Source of the DNA: Dehalococcoidia bacterium
Lineage (GTDB): Bacteria; Chloroflexota; Dehalococcoidia; UBA2979
DNA length: 64,000 nt
Direction: 5' to 3'
Assembly: GCA_028279505.1 (NCBI GenBank)
Contig: JANQNP010000031.1
Location: 17,413-81,412, forward strand
Shown here in pieces: positions 12,163-20,944 of the stretch (position 1 is its first letter; each line of letters opens with the position of its first letter). The notes under the pieces are model-generated. The model saw nothing but the letters and a program-made list of their open reading frames with translations. It was not told where the DNA came from and did not search any database. Both the position numbers and the translations under genes were made by a program.

Positions 12163-13518
12163 ATGCTCATCGGACGCTTCACCGAACGCCCGTACCAGGA
12201 CCCGGCCTCGGGATACTTCGGGGCGACGGGCCGATCGATCCAGGATCTGTCGATCAGCAACGGCGAGTACGACTCGCAGCTCGGCGCCGATCTCTACAAC
12301 CGCTACCTGGATGAGCAGGTGGCGACGGAGGAGGCCGGGTTCGACGCGGTGATGCTCAACGAGCACCACTCGACACCGTTCTGCATGGGCGGCACCGTCA
12401 ACACCGAGGCGGCGATCCTCGCCCGGATCACCGAGAAGGTGAAGATCGTCCTCAACGGGAACGTGCTGCCGATCTGGGATGACCCGCTGTGGCTCGCCGA
12501 GGAGCTGGCGACGATCGACATGATCTCGCGTGGTCGACTCGTCACGGGCTGGGTCCGCGGCACTGGCCGCGAGAGCATCGCCCACAACGCGCAGCCGCCG
12601 TTCAACTGGGAGCGGTTCCAGGAGGCGCACGACTTCATCGTGAAGGCGTGGACCGACGACGGGCCGTTCCGCTGGGAGGGCGAGCACTACGACTACCGCT
12701 ACGTGAACCCGTGGATGCGGCCGTACCAGAAGCCGCACCCGCAGATCATGATCCCCGGGGTCGTCTCGAAGAACACGGTGAAGTGGGCTGCGGAGCACCG
12801 CTACCCGTACCTGATGCTGTCGACGCGCCTGGAGCCGACGAAGGCATCGTTCGACTACTACCGCGAGGTCGCCCGCGAGAACGGGTACGAGGCCGGTTCT
12901 CAGCACATTGGCTACCTATTCAAGGTGCACGTAGAGGAGACCGAGGAGCTGGCCTACGAGGTCGGCAAGAAGTTTCTCGACGGACCGGGGAACATCTTCC
13001 TCGAGGGGTCGCGTGGCACGGCGTCGCCGGTGCTTCAGAACCTGCCGGGACTGACCGACCGCAAGAACCTGCTACCGACAGGGCAGGTGGGGTTCGTCGC
13101 GGCCTCGAGAGGCCGGGACGCCGACCAGGTGGCGAAGGACAACCCGGACGAGGCGAAGGATGACAAGGCGGCCGAGCCGGCGCCGCCCGCCCGTGGTGGC
13201 CCGGCACCGGCGATGCAGGCGGACTACGACACGCAGCTGGAGAACTACACGATCATCTCGGGGACGCCGGACTCGGTGATCCCGAAGATTCGCCACGTCC
13301 TGGAGACGTTGCGCCCCGGCACGATCTTCTTCTGGGACGGCGACGGCGCGATGACGCACGAGGACTCGATGCGCAGCCTGAAGCTGATGGGTTCGGATGT
13401 GCTGCCCGCGGTGCGCGAGATGGCCGAGGAGCTCGAGCTCAAGAGTTCGTTCGAGGTCGACACACAGACGAACGAGCCGATCCCGCAGCTCGAAGAGGCA
13501 AGCGCCGCCGGCGGCTAG
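12163..13518 (+). CDS. luciferase-like (LLM class) flavin-dependent oxidoreductase with a long C-terminal extension
   Basis: EEAGFDAVMLNEHHSTPFCMGG and LSRGRLVTGWVRG blocks of the LLM TIM barrel. Low-complexity insert DNPDEAKDDKAAEPAPPARGGPAP. 451 aa. Confidence 0.8.
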   Translation: MLIGRFTERPYQDPASGYFGATGRSIQDLSISNGEYDSQLGADLYNRYLDEQVATEEAGFDAVMLNEHHSTPFCMGGTVNTEAAILARITEKVKIVLNGNVLPIWDDPLWLAEELATIDMISRGRLVTGWVRGTGRESIAHNAQPPFNWERFQEAHDFIVKAWTDDGPFRWEGEHYDYRYVNPWMRPYQKPHPQIMIPGVVSKNTVKWAAEHRYPYLMLSTRLEPTKASFDYYREVARENGYEAGSQHIGYLFKVHVEETEELAYEVGKKFLDGPGNIFLEGSRGTASPVLQNLPGLTDRKNLLPTGQVGFVAASRGRDADQVAKDNPDEAKDDKAAEPAPPARGGPAPAMQADYDTQLENYTIISGTPDSVIPKIRHVLETLRPGTIFFWDGDGAMTHEDSMRSLKLMGSDVLPAVREMAEELELKSSFEVDTQTNEPIPQLEEASAAGG

Positions 13519-13525
13519 GCTCGTC

Positions 13526-13585
13526 GAGGGTCTTCGACCCCTTCTGACGCTTCGCGCCTCGTTTCGGGGTGCTGGAGGTCTGATC
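13526..13585. repeat. intergenic hairpin-containing repeat, copy A
   Basis: GAGGGTCTTCGACCCCTTC..CTTCGCGCCTCGTTTCGGGGTGCTGGAGGT resembles 24988-25055 (GAGGGGTCTTCGACCCCTCTTCGGGCCCTTCGGGTCTCGTGTCGCGAGCCGAGGGTGCTTCCGAGT). Both copies lie directly after a stop codon. Confidence 0.45.
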
Positions 13586-13660
13586 GCGCGTTTCGCGCTG
13601 ACGGTGAGGGGGCCGCTACCTGGCTTTGTCGCTGGCTGCTCGTTCGCGTATCTCTAGGCG

Positions 13661-15292
13661 ATGACCTCGGACACTCAATTCGACGCGATCGTGATCGGTG
13701 GAGGGCCGGCCGGGTCGACCACGGCCGGGTTGCTCGCGAAGCGCGGTGCGCGAGTGTTGGTCCTCGAGCGGGAGCGCTTTCCCCGGGAGCATGTCGGGGA
13801 GTCGTTGCTTCCGGCGTCGTTACCGATCCTCGAGGAGCTGGGGATCCGGCAGCCCGTCGAGGACGCCGGGTTCCTCAAGAAGTACGGCGCGACGATGGTC
13901 TGGGGCAGCTCGCCCGAGCCGTGGAGCTGGTACTTCCAGGAAACGAATCGCACCTATCCGCACGCCTACCAGGTGGTTCGGGCGCAGTTCGACGAGATCC
14001 TGCTGCGCCATGCCGCCACGCTTGGGGCGGATGTTCGCGAGGAGCACCGCGTTGTCGAGGTGCTGCGTACCGATGCCGGCTGGGGCGACCGCGTCACCGG
14101 CGTGGTCTTCGAGGACGACGACGGCAGCCGCGGTGAGGCGACAGCGCACGTCGTGGTCGACGCGAGCGGGCAGCAGGCCCTCGTCGCGAACGCCCTCGGA
14201 CTGCGGCGGTGGGATGACTTCTTCCGCAACCTCGCCGTCCACGGCTACTACCGCGACGCGGAACGGCTGCCCTCTCCCGACGAGAACAACATCCTCGTTG
14301 AGGCGCATGCCGACGGCTGGTGCTGGACGATCCCACTGCACGACGGTCGCGCCAGCGTGGGCGTGGTCGTCGACTCGGAGCGGGCGCGCGAGCGGATCGA
14401 GGGTGGAGACCTTCAGGCGTTCCTCGCCGAGCACGTCGCCTCGGCGCCCCGCACCGCCTCGTTGCTCGCGAACGCCCGGCTCGAGGGCGAACCGCGCGCG
14501 ATCCGCGACTGGTCGTACGTGGCGACGTCGCTGATCGGCGATGGGTACGTCCTTGCCGGCGACGCGGCGTGCTTCGTCGATCCGCTGTTCTCGTCGGGCG
14601 TGCACCTCGCGATGAACGCGGGCGTGCTGGCGGCCGCCTACGTCTCGACGCTGATGGAAGATGAGCAGCTCGCCGAGGAATCGCGACCCGTCTACGAGCG
14701 GCTGTACCTGCAGCAGTACGACCACTTCCGAGAGCTGGCGAAGCTGTTCTACTCCAGCAATCGCACCGCGGACTCCTACTTCTGGGAGGCGCGGCGACTG
14801 GATCCGGAGAGCGCCGACCTGCCCGCGCGCGCCGCGTTCGTGAACGCGGTCGCAGGGCAGCCGGCGGCCGGGTATGAGCGGGTCGTCCTCGATCGCGGCG
14901 AGGCGCCCGAGGCGTTCGTCGCAGCGGTGCGGAGCACGGAGATGGAGCGCGCCGCGCGCCAGGCCGCCGCCGAGGAGAGCCGGCCTGCCGTGGCCGGAGC
15001 GGTTCCTCGCGTCGCGGCGGGGGTGGAACTGGTGATCGAGCCGGTCCTCGAGGGTGGCGCGTTCGTCCGCTCGCACGTCGTGCGGTCGCCGGACCGGCCC
15101 TCGGGAGTCCCGATCAGCCCGGTGGTGGCGGCCGCCCTCGCGCTCGCCGATGGGAATCGATCGGTGCTCGAGATCGCCGAGCGGCTCGCGCTCGACTACG
15201 AGATCGAGCTGGCACGGCTGGCGCCGGTGGTCGCGAGCGCGTTCGAGATCCTCTACATCGATGGGGCCGTCGAGGAGCTCACGCGGCCGTAG
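13661..15292 (+). CDS. FAD-dependent halogenase-like oxidoreductase with a C-terminal winged-helix (PqqD-like) domain
   Basis: GGGPAGS dinucleotide fold, FLKKYGATMVWG (candidate catalytic Lys), GWCWTIPL (WxWxIP signature) and FVDPLFSSGVH (FxxPxxSxG). The last ~90 aa, PISPVVAAALALADGNRSVLEIAERLALDYEIELARLAPVVASAFEILYIDGAVEEL, look PqqD/winged-helix-like. Confidence 0.7.
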   Translation: MTSDTQFDAIVIGGGPAGSTTAGLLAKRGARVLVLERERFPREHVGESLLPASLPILEELGIRQPVEDAGFLKKYGATMVWGSSPEPWSWYFQETNRTYPHAYQVVRAQFDEILLRHAATLGADVREEHRVVEVLRTDAGWGDRVTGVVFEDDDGSRGEATAHVVVDASGQQALVANALGLRRWDDFFRNLAVHGYYRDAERLPSPDENNILVEAHADGWCWTIPLHDGRASVGVVVDSERARERIEGGDLQAFLAEHVASAPRTASLLANARLEGEPRAIRDWSYVATSLIGDGYVLAGDAACFVDPLFSSGVHLAMNAGVLAAAYVSTLMEDEQLAEESRPVYERLYLQQYDHFRELAKLFYSSNRTADSYFWEARRLDPESADLPARAAFVNAVAGQPAAGYERVVLDRGEAPEAFVAAVRSTEMERAARQAAAEESRPAVAGAVPRVAAGVELVIEPVLEGGAFVRSHVVRSPDRPSGVPISPVVAAALALADGNRSVLEIAERLALDYEIELARLAPVVASAFEILYIDGAVEELTRP

Positions 15293-15382
15293 CTCGACCG
15301 AGGGGCAACCTCGCTGACGGACGCTGACGGTCGCTCGCAGTACGATCGAAGGACCCCAGCCGAGACAGTGTGAGAGCCCTCA

Positions 15383-16492
15383 ATGCTTGCCATCCTTCAC
15401 CCGGACGTCGACGAAGACAGCCTCGAGTACCGCCAGACGTGGGAGTACCTGGAGCAGCTCCCCGGCGTCGAGCTGAGCGTGAACACGATTCAGGGCAAGA
15501 CCCGCAAGCTCACGGAGATCTACCTGCTCGGCAACACGGCCGCGGTGGACCTCGACCAGGTGGCGGCGCTGCCGGCGGTCGAACGCGCGATCCGGATCTC
15601 CGAGGGGTACCGGGTCCTCGGTCGTCACACCGAGGGGGAGCGGGAGACTGGCTTCGTCTACAACGGGGTCGAGTTCAGCCAGGAGACGTTCAACGTCCTT
15701 CCGGGGCTCTGCGCCGTCGATAACCCGGCGAACGTCGAGACGATGATGAAGGCGCTCCAGGAGAACGGGCACACGCTGACGCGGATGGGCGCCTACAAGC
15801 CGCGCACCAACCCCTACTCCTTCCAGGGCCATGGCAAGGAGTGCCTGCCATACGTCTTCGAGCTGGCGGGCCAGTACGGCATCAAGGTGATCTCGATGGA
15901 GGTCACGCACGAGTCGCACATCGAGGAGATCGACACCGCCCTCGAGAAGCTCGGCCGGCCGACGGGCGTGCTCCTGCAGGTCGGCACCCGCAACAGCCAG
16001 AACTTCGAGCTGCTGAAGGCGATCGGCCGTCAGAAGACCTACCCGGCGCTTGTGAAGCGCGGGTTCGGCATCACGCTCAGCGACTCGCTGAACGCGGCCG
16101 AGTACCTGGCCAGCGAGGGCAACTCGAACGTCATCTTCTGCTTGCGCGGCATGCGCAGCGACCTCGGCGCCCCGCACCGGATGATGGTCGACTTCGGCCA
16201 CGTCCCCACGGTGAAGCGTCTGACGCGTATGCCGGTCTGCGTCGACCCGTCGCACTCCGTGGGTACGCGCCACGGCGCCCCAGACGGCATCCTCGACATC
16301 GCGCATGTGAGCGCGCAGGGTGTCGTCGCCGGCGCGAACCTCGTGCTGGTCGACTTCCACCCCAACCCGGAGGAGGCGCTGGTCGACGGTGCGCAGGCGC
16401 TCCGCATCGAGGAGCTGCCGCAGTACCTCGCCGACATCGAACTCGCATGGCAGACCTACCAGCAGCGGCTCAAGATCTGGAACCCGGCCTGA
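15383..16492 (+). CDS. 3-deoxy-7-phosphoheptulonate (DAHP) synthase, type I-beta, with an N-terminal ferredoxin-like regulatory domain
   Basis: RMGAYKPRTNPYSFQGHG, LQVGTRNSQNFELLKA, VKRG and VCVDPSHSVG blocks of the KDO8PS/DAHPS I-beta family. They are preceded by a ~90-aa extra domain, as in Thermotoga-type DAHPS. Confidence 0.9.
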   Translation: MLAILHPDVDEDSLEYRQTWEYLEQLPGVELSVNTIQGKTRKLTEIYLLGNTAAVDLDQVAALPAVERAIRISEGYRVLGRHTEGERETGFVYNGVEFSQETFNVLPGLCAVDNPANVETMMKALQENGHTLTRMGAYKPRTNPYSFQGHGKECLPYVFELAGQYGIKVISMEVTHESHIEEIDTALEKLGRPTGVLLQVGTRNSQNFELLKAIGRQKTYPALVKRGFGITLSDSLNAAEYLASEGNSNVIFCLRGMRSDLGAPHRMMVDFGHVPTVKRLTRMPVCVDPSHSVGTRHGAPDGILDIAHVSAQGVVAGANLVLVDFHPNPEEALVDGAQALRIEELPQYLADIELAWQTYQQRLKIWNPA

Positions 16493-16559
16493 CAAGAGCT
16501 CCCAAGCGGCGATCGAGGGGTGGCGAGGCGTTCATTCTGACGGGGACCTCTGGACGCGA

Positions 16560-17261
16560 CTAGATGACGTTCTTCTCACGGTGGTCGTCTCTGATTGACG
16601 CGAGCTGGTCGAAGTAGTTCCGGATCTCGATCTCTGCCTGTCCGTCCTTTAAGGCCGCGACCCGTTCATACAGCGCCTGGGCGCGATCCCTCATCTCCAT
16701 GAATCCCCGCCATTTGTCTCGCGGCTTCAGCCAAGTATCGAGAGCCGTGAGGAAGGCCGCGGTGATCGCAAAGAACGGCGTCCATTCGACGAGATACTCG
16801 AGGATATCGTTGCTCGGAGTCCCGTCGATGCTTGTGGTTCCAGCGACTACGGCTGTGGAAAACAGCAGGATCAGGCGGACGCCGACGCTAAGAGCCCCGT
16901 AACGACGCGTCGACCCCGCCCATGAGTCGCGCTGCCTCCTGATCGCATCCCATGCGTTGCGACTGTCGTCGCCCAGCTGACTGAGTCGCGATTCAGCAGC
17001 GGCCTCTAGTCGCGATGCCTCCTCAAACGCGCGGCTCGCTTCCTCTCTTGTCCGAGATGCGATCCCGTCAAGCTCCCGGAAGGGATCGGAAGTCTCTGCT
17101 TCTAGGACCTCTGAGGCGACGGCGCGTAGATCACGGGCTCGTGACTTGATCCGGGCCCAGTCGTGCAACTGAGAGGCTTCGAAGAGACGTTCCCGTCGTG
17201 ACTGCATCTCGGCAGCCAACAGGTCGTCGGGGGTCTCGACGACATCGTCATGCTCGTTCAC
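16560..17261 (-). CDS. SLATT-like 2-TM protein (helical N-domain, two TM helices, amphipathic C-helix)
   Basis: 233-aa ORF, GTG start 4 nt after GAGGAGG, in a clearly lower-GC stretch. TM helices ALSVGVRLILLFSTAVVAGTTSI and LVEWTPFFAITAAFLTALDTWL are followed by KPRDKWRGFMEMRDRAQALYERV. This matches my recollection of the DUF4231/SLATT layout. Confidence 0.5.
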   Translation of the reverse strand: MNEHDDVVETPDDLLAAEMQSRRERLFEASQLHDWARIKSRARDLRAVASEVLEAETSDPFRELDGIASRTREEASRAFEEASRLEAAAESRLSQLGDDSRNAWDAIRRQRDSWAGSTRRYGALSVGVRLILLFSTAVVAGTTSIDGTPSNDILEYLVEWTPFFAITAAFLTALDTWLKPRDKWRGFMEMRDRAQALYERVAALKDGQAEIEIRNYFDQLASIRDDHREKNVI

Positions 17262-17505
17262 GGTGCCTCCTCGTTCGGCTCGATCGCAACACCAGATATG
17301 TGACTCGCAGGGCGGGAATCTGACGGAATGAGCTGTGGTCGCTAGGTCTCCCAGTGGATCGCACCCAGGCCAGCCAGGGATGTCGGGCTTGCGCTGAGGC
17401 GCGCTCGCACGATTTAGGGCAATTCCATAACTTCAGCGTGCTCTCGAGGAGTCCGCCATTGCCGATCACCAAGCCCATCAGCGTGGGTTCGATCTTGATT
17501 CGAGG

Positions 17506-18525
17506 ATGGCGATGACCGAACTGACCAACCACCAGCTCCGCCTCATCGCGCGCCCGACCGGCGCGCCGAGTGCCGAGCACTTCGAGGCCACCGAGGAGCC
17601 GGCGCGCGTGCCCGAGGACGGTGAGCTGCTGCTGGAGACCGTCTACGCCTCGATCGACCCGGCGATGCGCGTCTGGATGAACGAGGACCCGGGGTACGTG
17701 CCGCCGATCCCGCTCGGCGCGGTGATGCGCGGAGGTGGCATCGCCCGTGTCCTCCAGAGCCGCGACGAAGCGTTCGAGGTGGGCGACGTGGTGGCGGCGC
17801 GGCCCGGGTGGCAGAGCCACCCGACGCTCCCCGCGAGCGAGGCGACGAAGCTCGATCTGGGCCTCGGGACGATCGAGGACTGGGCGGGGCCGATCGGGAC
17901 GACCGGGCTGACCGCGTACTTCGGGATCCGCGAGGTGGGGGCGATTCAGCCCGGGGAGACCGTGCTCGTGTCGGGTGCGGCGGGGGCGGTCGGTCAGATG
18001 GTCGGGCAGATCGCGAAGATCGAGGGCTGCACTGTCGTCGGCATCGCCGGTGGCCCGGAGAAGTGCGCGCGGCTGACCGAGGACCTGGGCTTCGACGCGG
18101 CGATCGACTATAAGGCGGTCGACCACCTCGAGGCTGCGATCGCGGGGGCGTGCCCGAACGGTGTCGACGTGTTCTTCGACAACGTCGGTGGCGAGACCCT
18201 CGATGCGGCGCTGGCGAACCTGCGGTTGAAGGGGCGCGCCGTGATCTGCGGTCGCATCTCGCAGACGGCGGCGGAGGAGCTGTACGGGGTGAAGAACCTC
18301 GGCGTCCTGATCGGGAAGCGAGCGCGCGTGGAGGGCTTCATCGTCTCTGACTACGCGGACGAGTTTCCCGAGGCACGTCGCTGGATCTCGCAGCGCCTGC
18401 GCGAAGGCGAGCTGAAGCAGGCGCTGCACGTGGTCGACGGGCTGGAGCGTGCCCCAGAGGCGCTGGCGATGCTGTTCGAGGGGAAGAACACCGGCAAGCT
18501 GGTTGTCAGGGTGACCGACGCCTGA
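17506..18525 (+). CDS. NADP-dependent oxidoreductase, medium-chain dehydrogenase/reductase (YncB / alkenal reductase-like)
   Basis: ELLLETVYASIDPAMRVWM, TGLTAYFGI and VSGAAGAVGQMVGQIAKIEGC Rossmann motif; 339 aa. Confidence 0.85.
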   Translation: MAMTELTNHQLRLIARPTGAPSAEHFEATEEPARVPEDGELLLETVYASIDPAMRVWMNEDPGYVPPIPLGAVMRGGGIARVLQSRDEAFEVGDVVAARPGWQSHPTLPASEATKLDLGLGTIEDWAGPIGTTGLTAYFGIREVGAIQPGETVLVSGAAGAVGQMVGQIAKIEGCTVVGIAGGPEKCARLTEDLGFDAAIDYKAVDHLEAAIAGACPNGVDVFFDNVGGETLDAALANLRLKGRAVICGRISQTAAEELYGVKNLGVLIGKRARVEGFIVSDYADEFPEARRWISQRLREGELKQALHVVDGLERAPEALAMLFEGKNTGKLVVRVTDA

Positions 18526-18541
18526 CGCTGACGCCGGTAGC

Positions 18542-19741
18542 ATGCGCGGGATGACTGACAATCCCGCATCGGATCCTACCGGGGCGCTCGCTGGCGTCCG
18601 CGTGCTCGACCTGGCCGACGAGCGGGCGATCTACGGCACGAAGCTACTCGCCGACCTCGGCGCGGACGTGATCCGCATCGAACCGCCCGAGGGCGATCGA
18701 CTGCGTCGACGCGGACCGTTCGCGGCCGGCGGCGACGGCGAGGAGCACTCGCTCTACTACGTCTACTACGGATCGAACCGTCGGTCGGTGGCACTCGACC
18801 TCGAGAGCGACGACGGGCGGGCGCGGCTGCGCCGGCTGGCGCTAGCCTCGGACGTCGTCATCGAGACGGAGGTGCTCCCTCGGGCGGGCATCGAGGTGGC
18901 CGCACTCCTCGAGGAGCAGCCGGCGCTGGTGGTCGTCTCGGTGACCTCGTTTGGCACAGCCGGCCCGTGGGCAGGCTTCGCCTCGACCGACCTGGTGGCG
19001 GGCGCGCTCGGTGGGTTCGTCGCAACGACCGGGGACGTCGACACGAAGCCGCTCAACGGCTACGGCGAGCTGCACCACGGAACGACTGGCGCGTACGCGG
19101 CGATTGGTGCTCTCTCCGCGCTGTACCACGCGCGGGAGACGGGCGAGGGCCAGCTCGTCGAGCTGGCCGTCCACGAGGCGGTGCCGAGCTGCCTCGAGCA
19201 CGTGCTGATGTGGGCATGGCATCACGAGGCGCTGCCGTTCGCCGAGGGCGATGTGCTGCCGCGGCGCGCCTCGCTGCACTGGTCCGACGCCTACGAGGTG
19301 ATGGGCGCCCGGGACGGCTCGGTCATGGTCACGGTGACCCCGGACCCGATGAAGCAGCTCGCGTGGCTAATCGAGGTTGGCGCGGAGGCAGACTTGCTCG
19401 ACCCGCGGTACCAGGACCCCGAGGAGCCGCGCGCATTCGGGTTGCGGATGATGGAGGTGATGCGCGACTGGGTCGCCAATTGGGACGTCGAGGAGTTCTT
19501 CTTCGAGGCCCAACGCCGTCACTTCCCCTACGGCTGGGTCCTGTCGCCCGACCGCGTGGCCGCGAGTCCGCAGCTCGAGGATCGCGGCTGGTGGGGGGAG
19601 TACGACCTCGGTGGCAGCACCGTCCGAGGGCCGGGCGCCCCATACCGCCTCGAAGAGACGCCGGTTGCCAGCAGGCGTCGCGCCGCGACGCCGGGGGGTG
19701 ACACCGCCGAGGTGCTCGCCGAGATCGGCTGGGTCGACTGA
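18542..19741 (+). CDS. family III CoA-transferase paralogue
   Basis: LAGVRVLDLADERAIYGTKLLADLGADVIRIEPPEGD; 399 aa; TGATG overlap with the next CaiB gene. Confidence 0.85.
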   Translation: MRGMTDNPASDPTGALAGVRVLDLADERAIYGTKLLADLGADVIRIEPPEGDRLRRRGPFAAGGDGEEHSLYYVYYGSNRRSVALDLESDDGRARLRRLALASDVVIETEVLPRAGIEVAALLEEQPALVVVSVTSFGTAGPWAGFASTDLVAGALGGFVATTGDVDTKPLNGYGELHHGTTGAYAAIGALSALYHARETGEGQLVELAVHEAVPSCLEHVLMWAWHHEALPFAEGDVLPRRASLHWSDAYEVMGARDGSVMVTVTPDPMKQLAWLIEVGAEADLLDPRYQDPEEPRAFGLRMMEVMRDWVANWDVEEFFFEAQRRHFPYGWVLSPDRVAASPQLEDRGWWGEYDLGGSTVRGPGAPYRLEETPVASRRRAATPGGDTAEVLAEIGWVD

Positions 19742-20928
19742 TGGCCCGCCCGCTGGAGGGTGTCCGCGTCCTCGACTTCACGCATGTTCTCGCGGGGCCG
19801 TTCGCGACGCGGATCCTCGGGGATCTCGGGGCGGATGTCGTGAAGGTGGTGTCGGAGGCGCGGCCGGGCAACACCCCGGTCGGCTCGTACTACCGGATGT
19901 GGAACCGAAACAAGCGGTCGCTGGCCCTCGACATGTCGACCGAGCGCGCGAGGGAGATCGCGCGGGCGCTCGCGGAGCGCGCCGATGTGGTGATCGAGAA
20001 TTTCTCGCCCCGGGTGCTGGACCGCTGGGGAATCGGCTACGAGGCGATCGCCGAGGTCAATCCCGGTGTCACGTACGTCCAGATGTCTGGGATGGGCGAC
20101 AGCGGTCCGTGGCGCGACTTCGTCTCCTACGCGCCCACCGTCCACGCGCTCTCCGGGCTGACCTACCTCACCGGCGTGGAGGGCCGTGAGGACATCGGGA
20201 TCGGCAACTCGTTCAACGATCACCAGGCGGGCCTCCACGCCGCAACCGTGATCCTGGCCGCCCTCGAGCGTCGTCGTGCCTCGGGACGGGGCCAGCGCGT
20301 CGACTTCGCGCAGTACGAGCTCGGTGTCCAGCTCACGGGGGCGGCGCTCCTCGACTACTTCGCCAACGAGGAGGCGCACCGCCCCGGCGGGAACCGCCAT
20401 CGCTACGAGGTCGCGGCGCCGCACGACACGTATCCGTGCCTCGGCGAGGACCGGTGGGTCGCGATCGCGGTGATGACCGATCAGCACTGGCACCGGCTGC
20501 GTGCACTCCTAGGTGACCCCGAGTGGGCGCGGGATCCTCGCTACGACACCGCGCGCGGGCGGGTCGATCACTCCGATGAGCTCGACGCCCACCTCGAGAG
20601 GTGGACCAGCACGCTCGACGCGACCGAGGTGCAAGACCTGCTGCAGGGCGCCGGCGTGGCGGCGGGCGTCGTCCAGACGGGCGCGGACCTCGTGCACCGC
20701 GACCCGCAGCTCGCAGCGACCGGGTTCTTCACGGAGACCGAGGACAGCGGTGCGTACGAGGGACCGACCCCGGTCGACCGGCTGCCGCTGCGCTTCTCGA
20801 AGACGCCGGTCGACCAGTACCGCGCTCCGCGCGCGGTCGGCGCGGACAACGTCGCCGTCCTCGGTGAGTGGCTCGACATGACCGAGGCGGATGTACGTGC
20901 CGAGGAGGCGGGTGGCACGCTGCGGTAG
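19741..20928 (+). CDS. family III CoA-transferase paralogue
   Basis: LEGVRVLDFTHVLAGPFATRILGDLGADVVKV, WNRNKRSLALD, NSFNDHQAG; 395 aa. Confidence 0.9.
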   Translation: MARPLEGVRVLDFTHVLAGPFATRILGDLGADVVKVVSEARPGNTPVGSYYRMWNRNKRSLALDMSTERAREIARALAERADVVIENFSPRVLDRWGIGYEAIAEVNPGVTYVQMSGMGDSGPWRDFVSYAPTVHALSGLTYLTGVEGREDIGIGNSFNDHQAGLHAATVILAALERRRASGRGQRVDFAQYELGVQLTGAALLDYFANEEAHRPGGNRHRYEVAAPHDTYPCLGEDRWVAIAVMTDQHWHRLRALLGDPEWARDPRYDTARGRVDHSDELDAHLERWTSTLDATEVQDLLQGAGVAAGVVQTGADLVHRDPQLAATGFFTETEDSGAYEGPTPVDRLPLRFSKTPVDQYRAPRAVGADNVAVLGEWLDMTEADVRAEEAGGTLR

Positions 20929-20944
20929 GCGAGGCGCGGAGCGG

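Noticed and set aside
13604-13657. 17-codon GTG ORF (VRGPLPGFVAGCSFAYL) immediately upstream of the halogenase-like/PqqD-like gene; tempting as a RiPP precursor.
   Set aside because: It has no Shine-Dalgarno. The region belongs to an intergenic repeat whose second copy (24988-25055) is conserved in a different frame. No other RiPP maturation genes are present. It is kept only as something to test, not as a feature.
17262-17505. 77-codon minus-strand ORF (MGLVIGNGGLLES..) in the 244-nt spacer upstream of the SLATT-like gene, as a possible partner gene.
   Set aside because: It has an Arg-rich, low-complexity tail, overlaps the SLATT start, and has no RBS or recognisable fold. It may still hide a promoter or ncRNA, but I cannot support a CDS.
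16511-17512. Possible short direct repeats flanking the SLATT islet: GATCGAGGGGTGGCGA at 16511-16526 and GATTCGAGGATGGCGA at 17497-17512.
   Set aside because: The match is only ~15 nt and needs gaps. The right copy overlaps the RBS/start of the oxidoreductase gene, and GGAGG/GGCGA-type strings are common in this GC-rich DNA. It is not significant without statistics.
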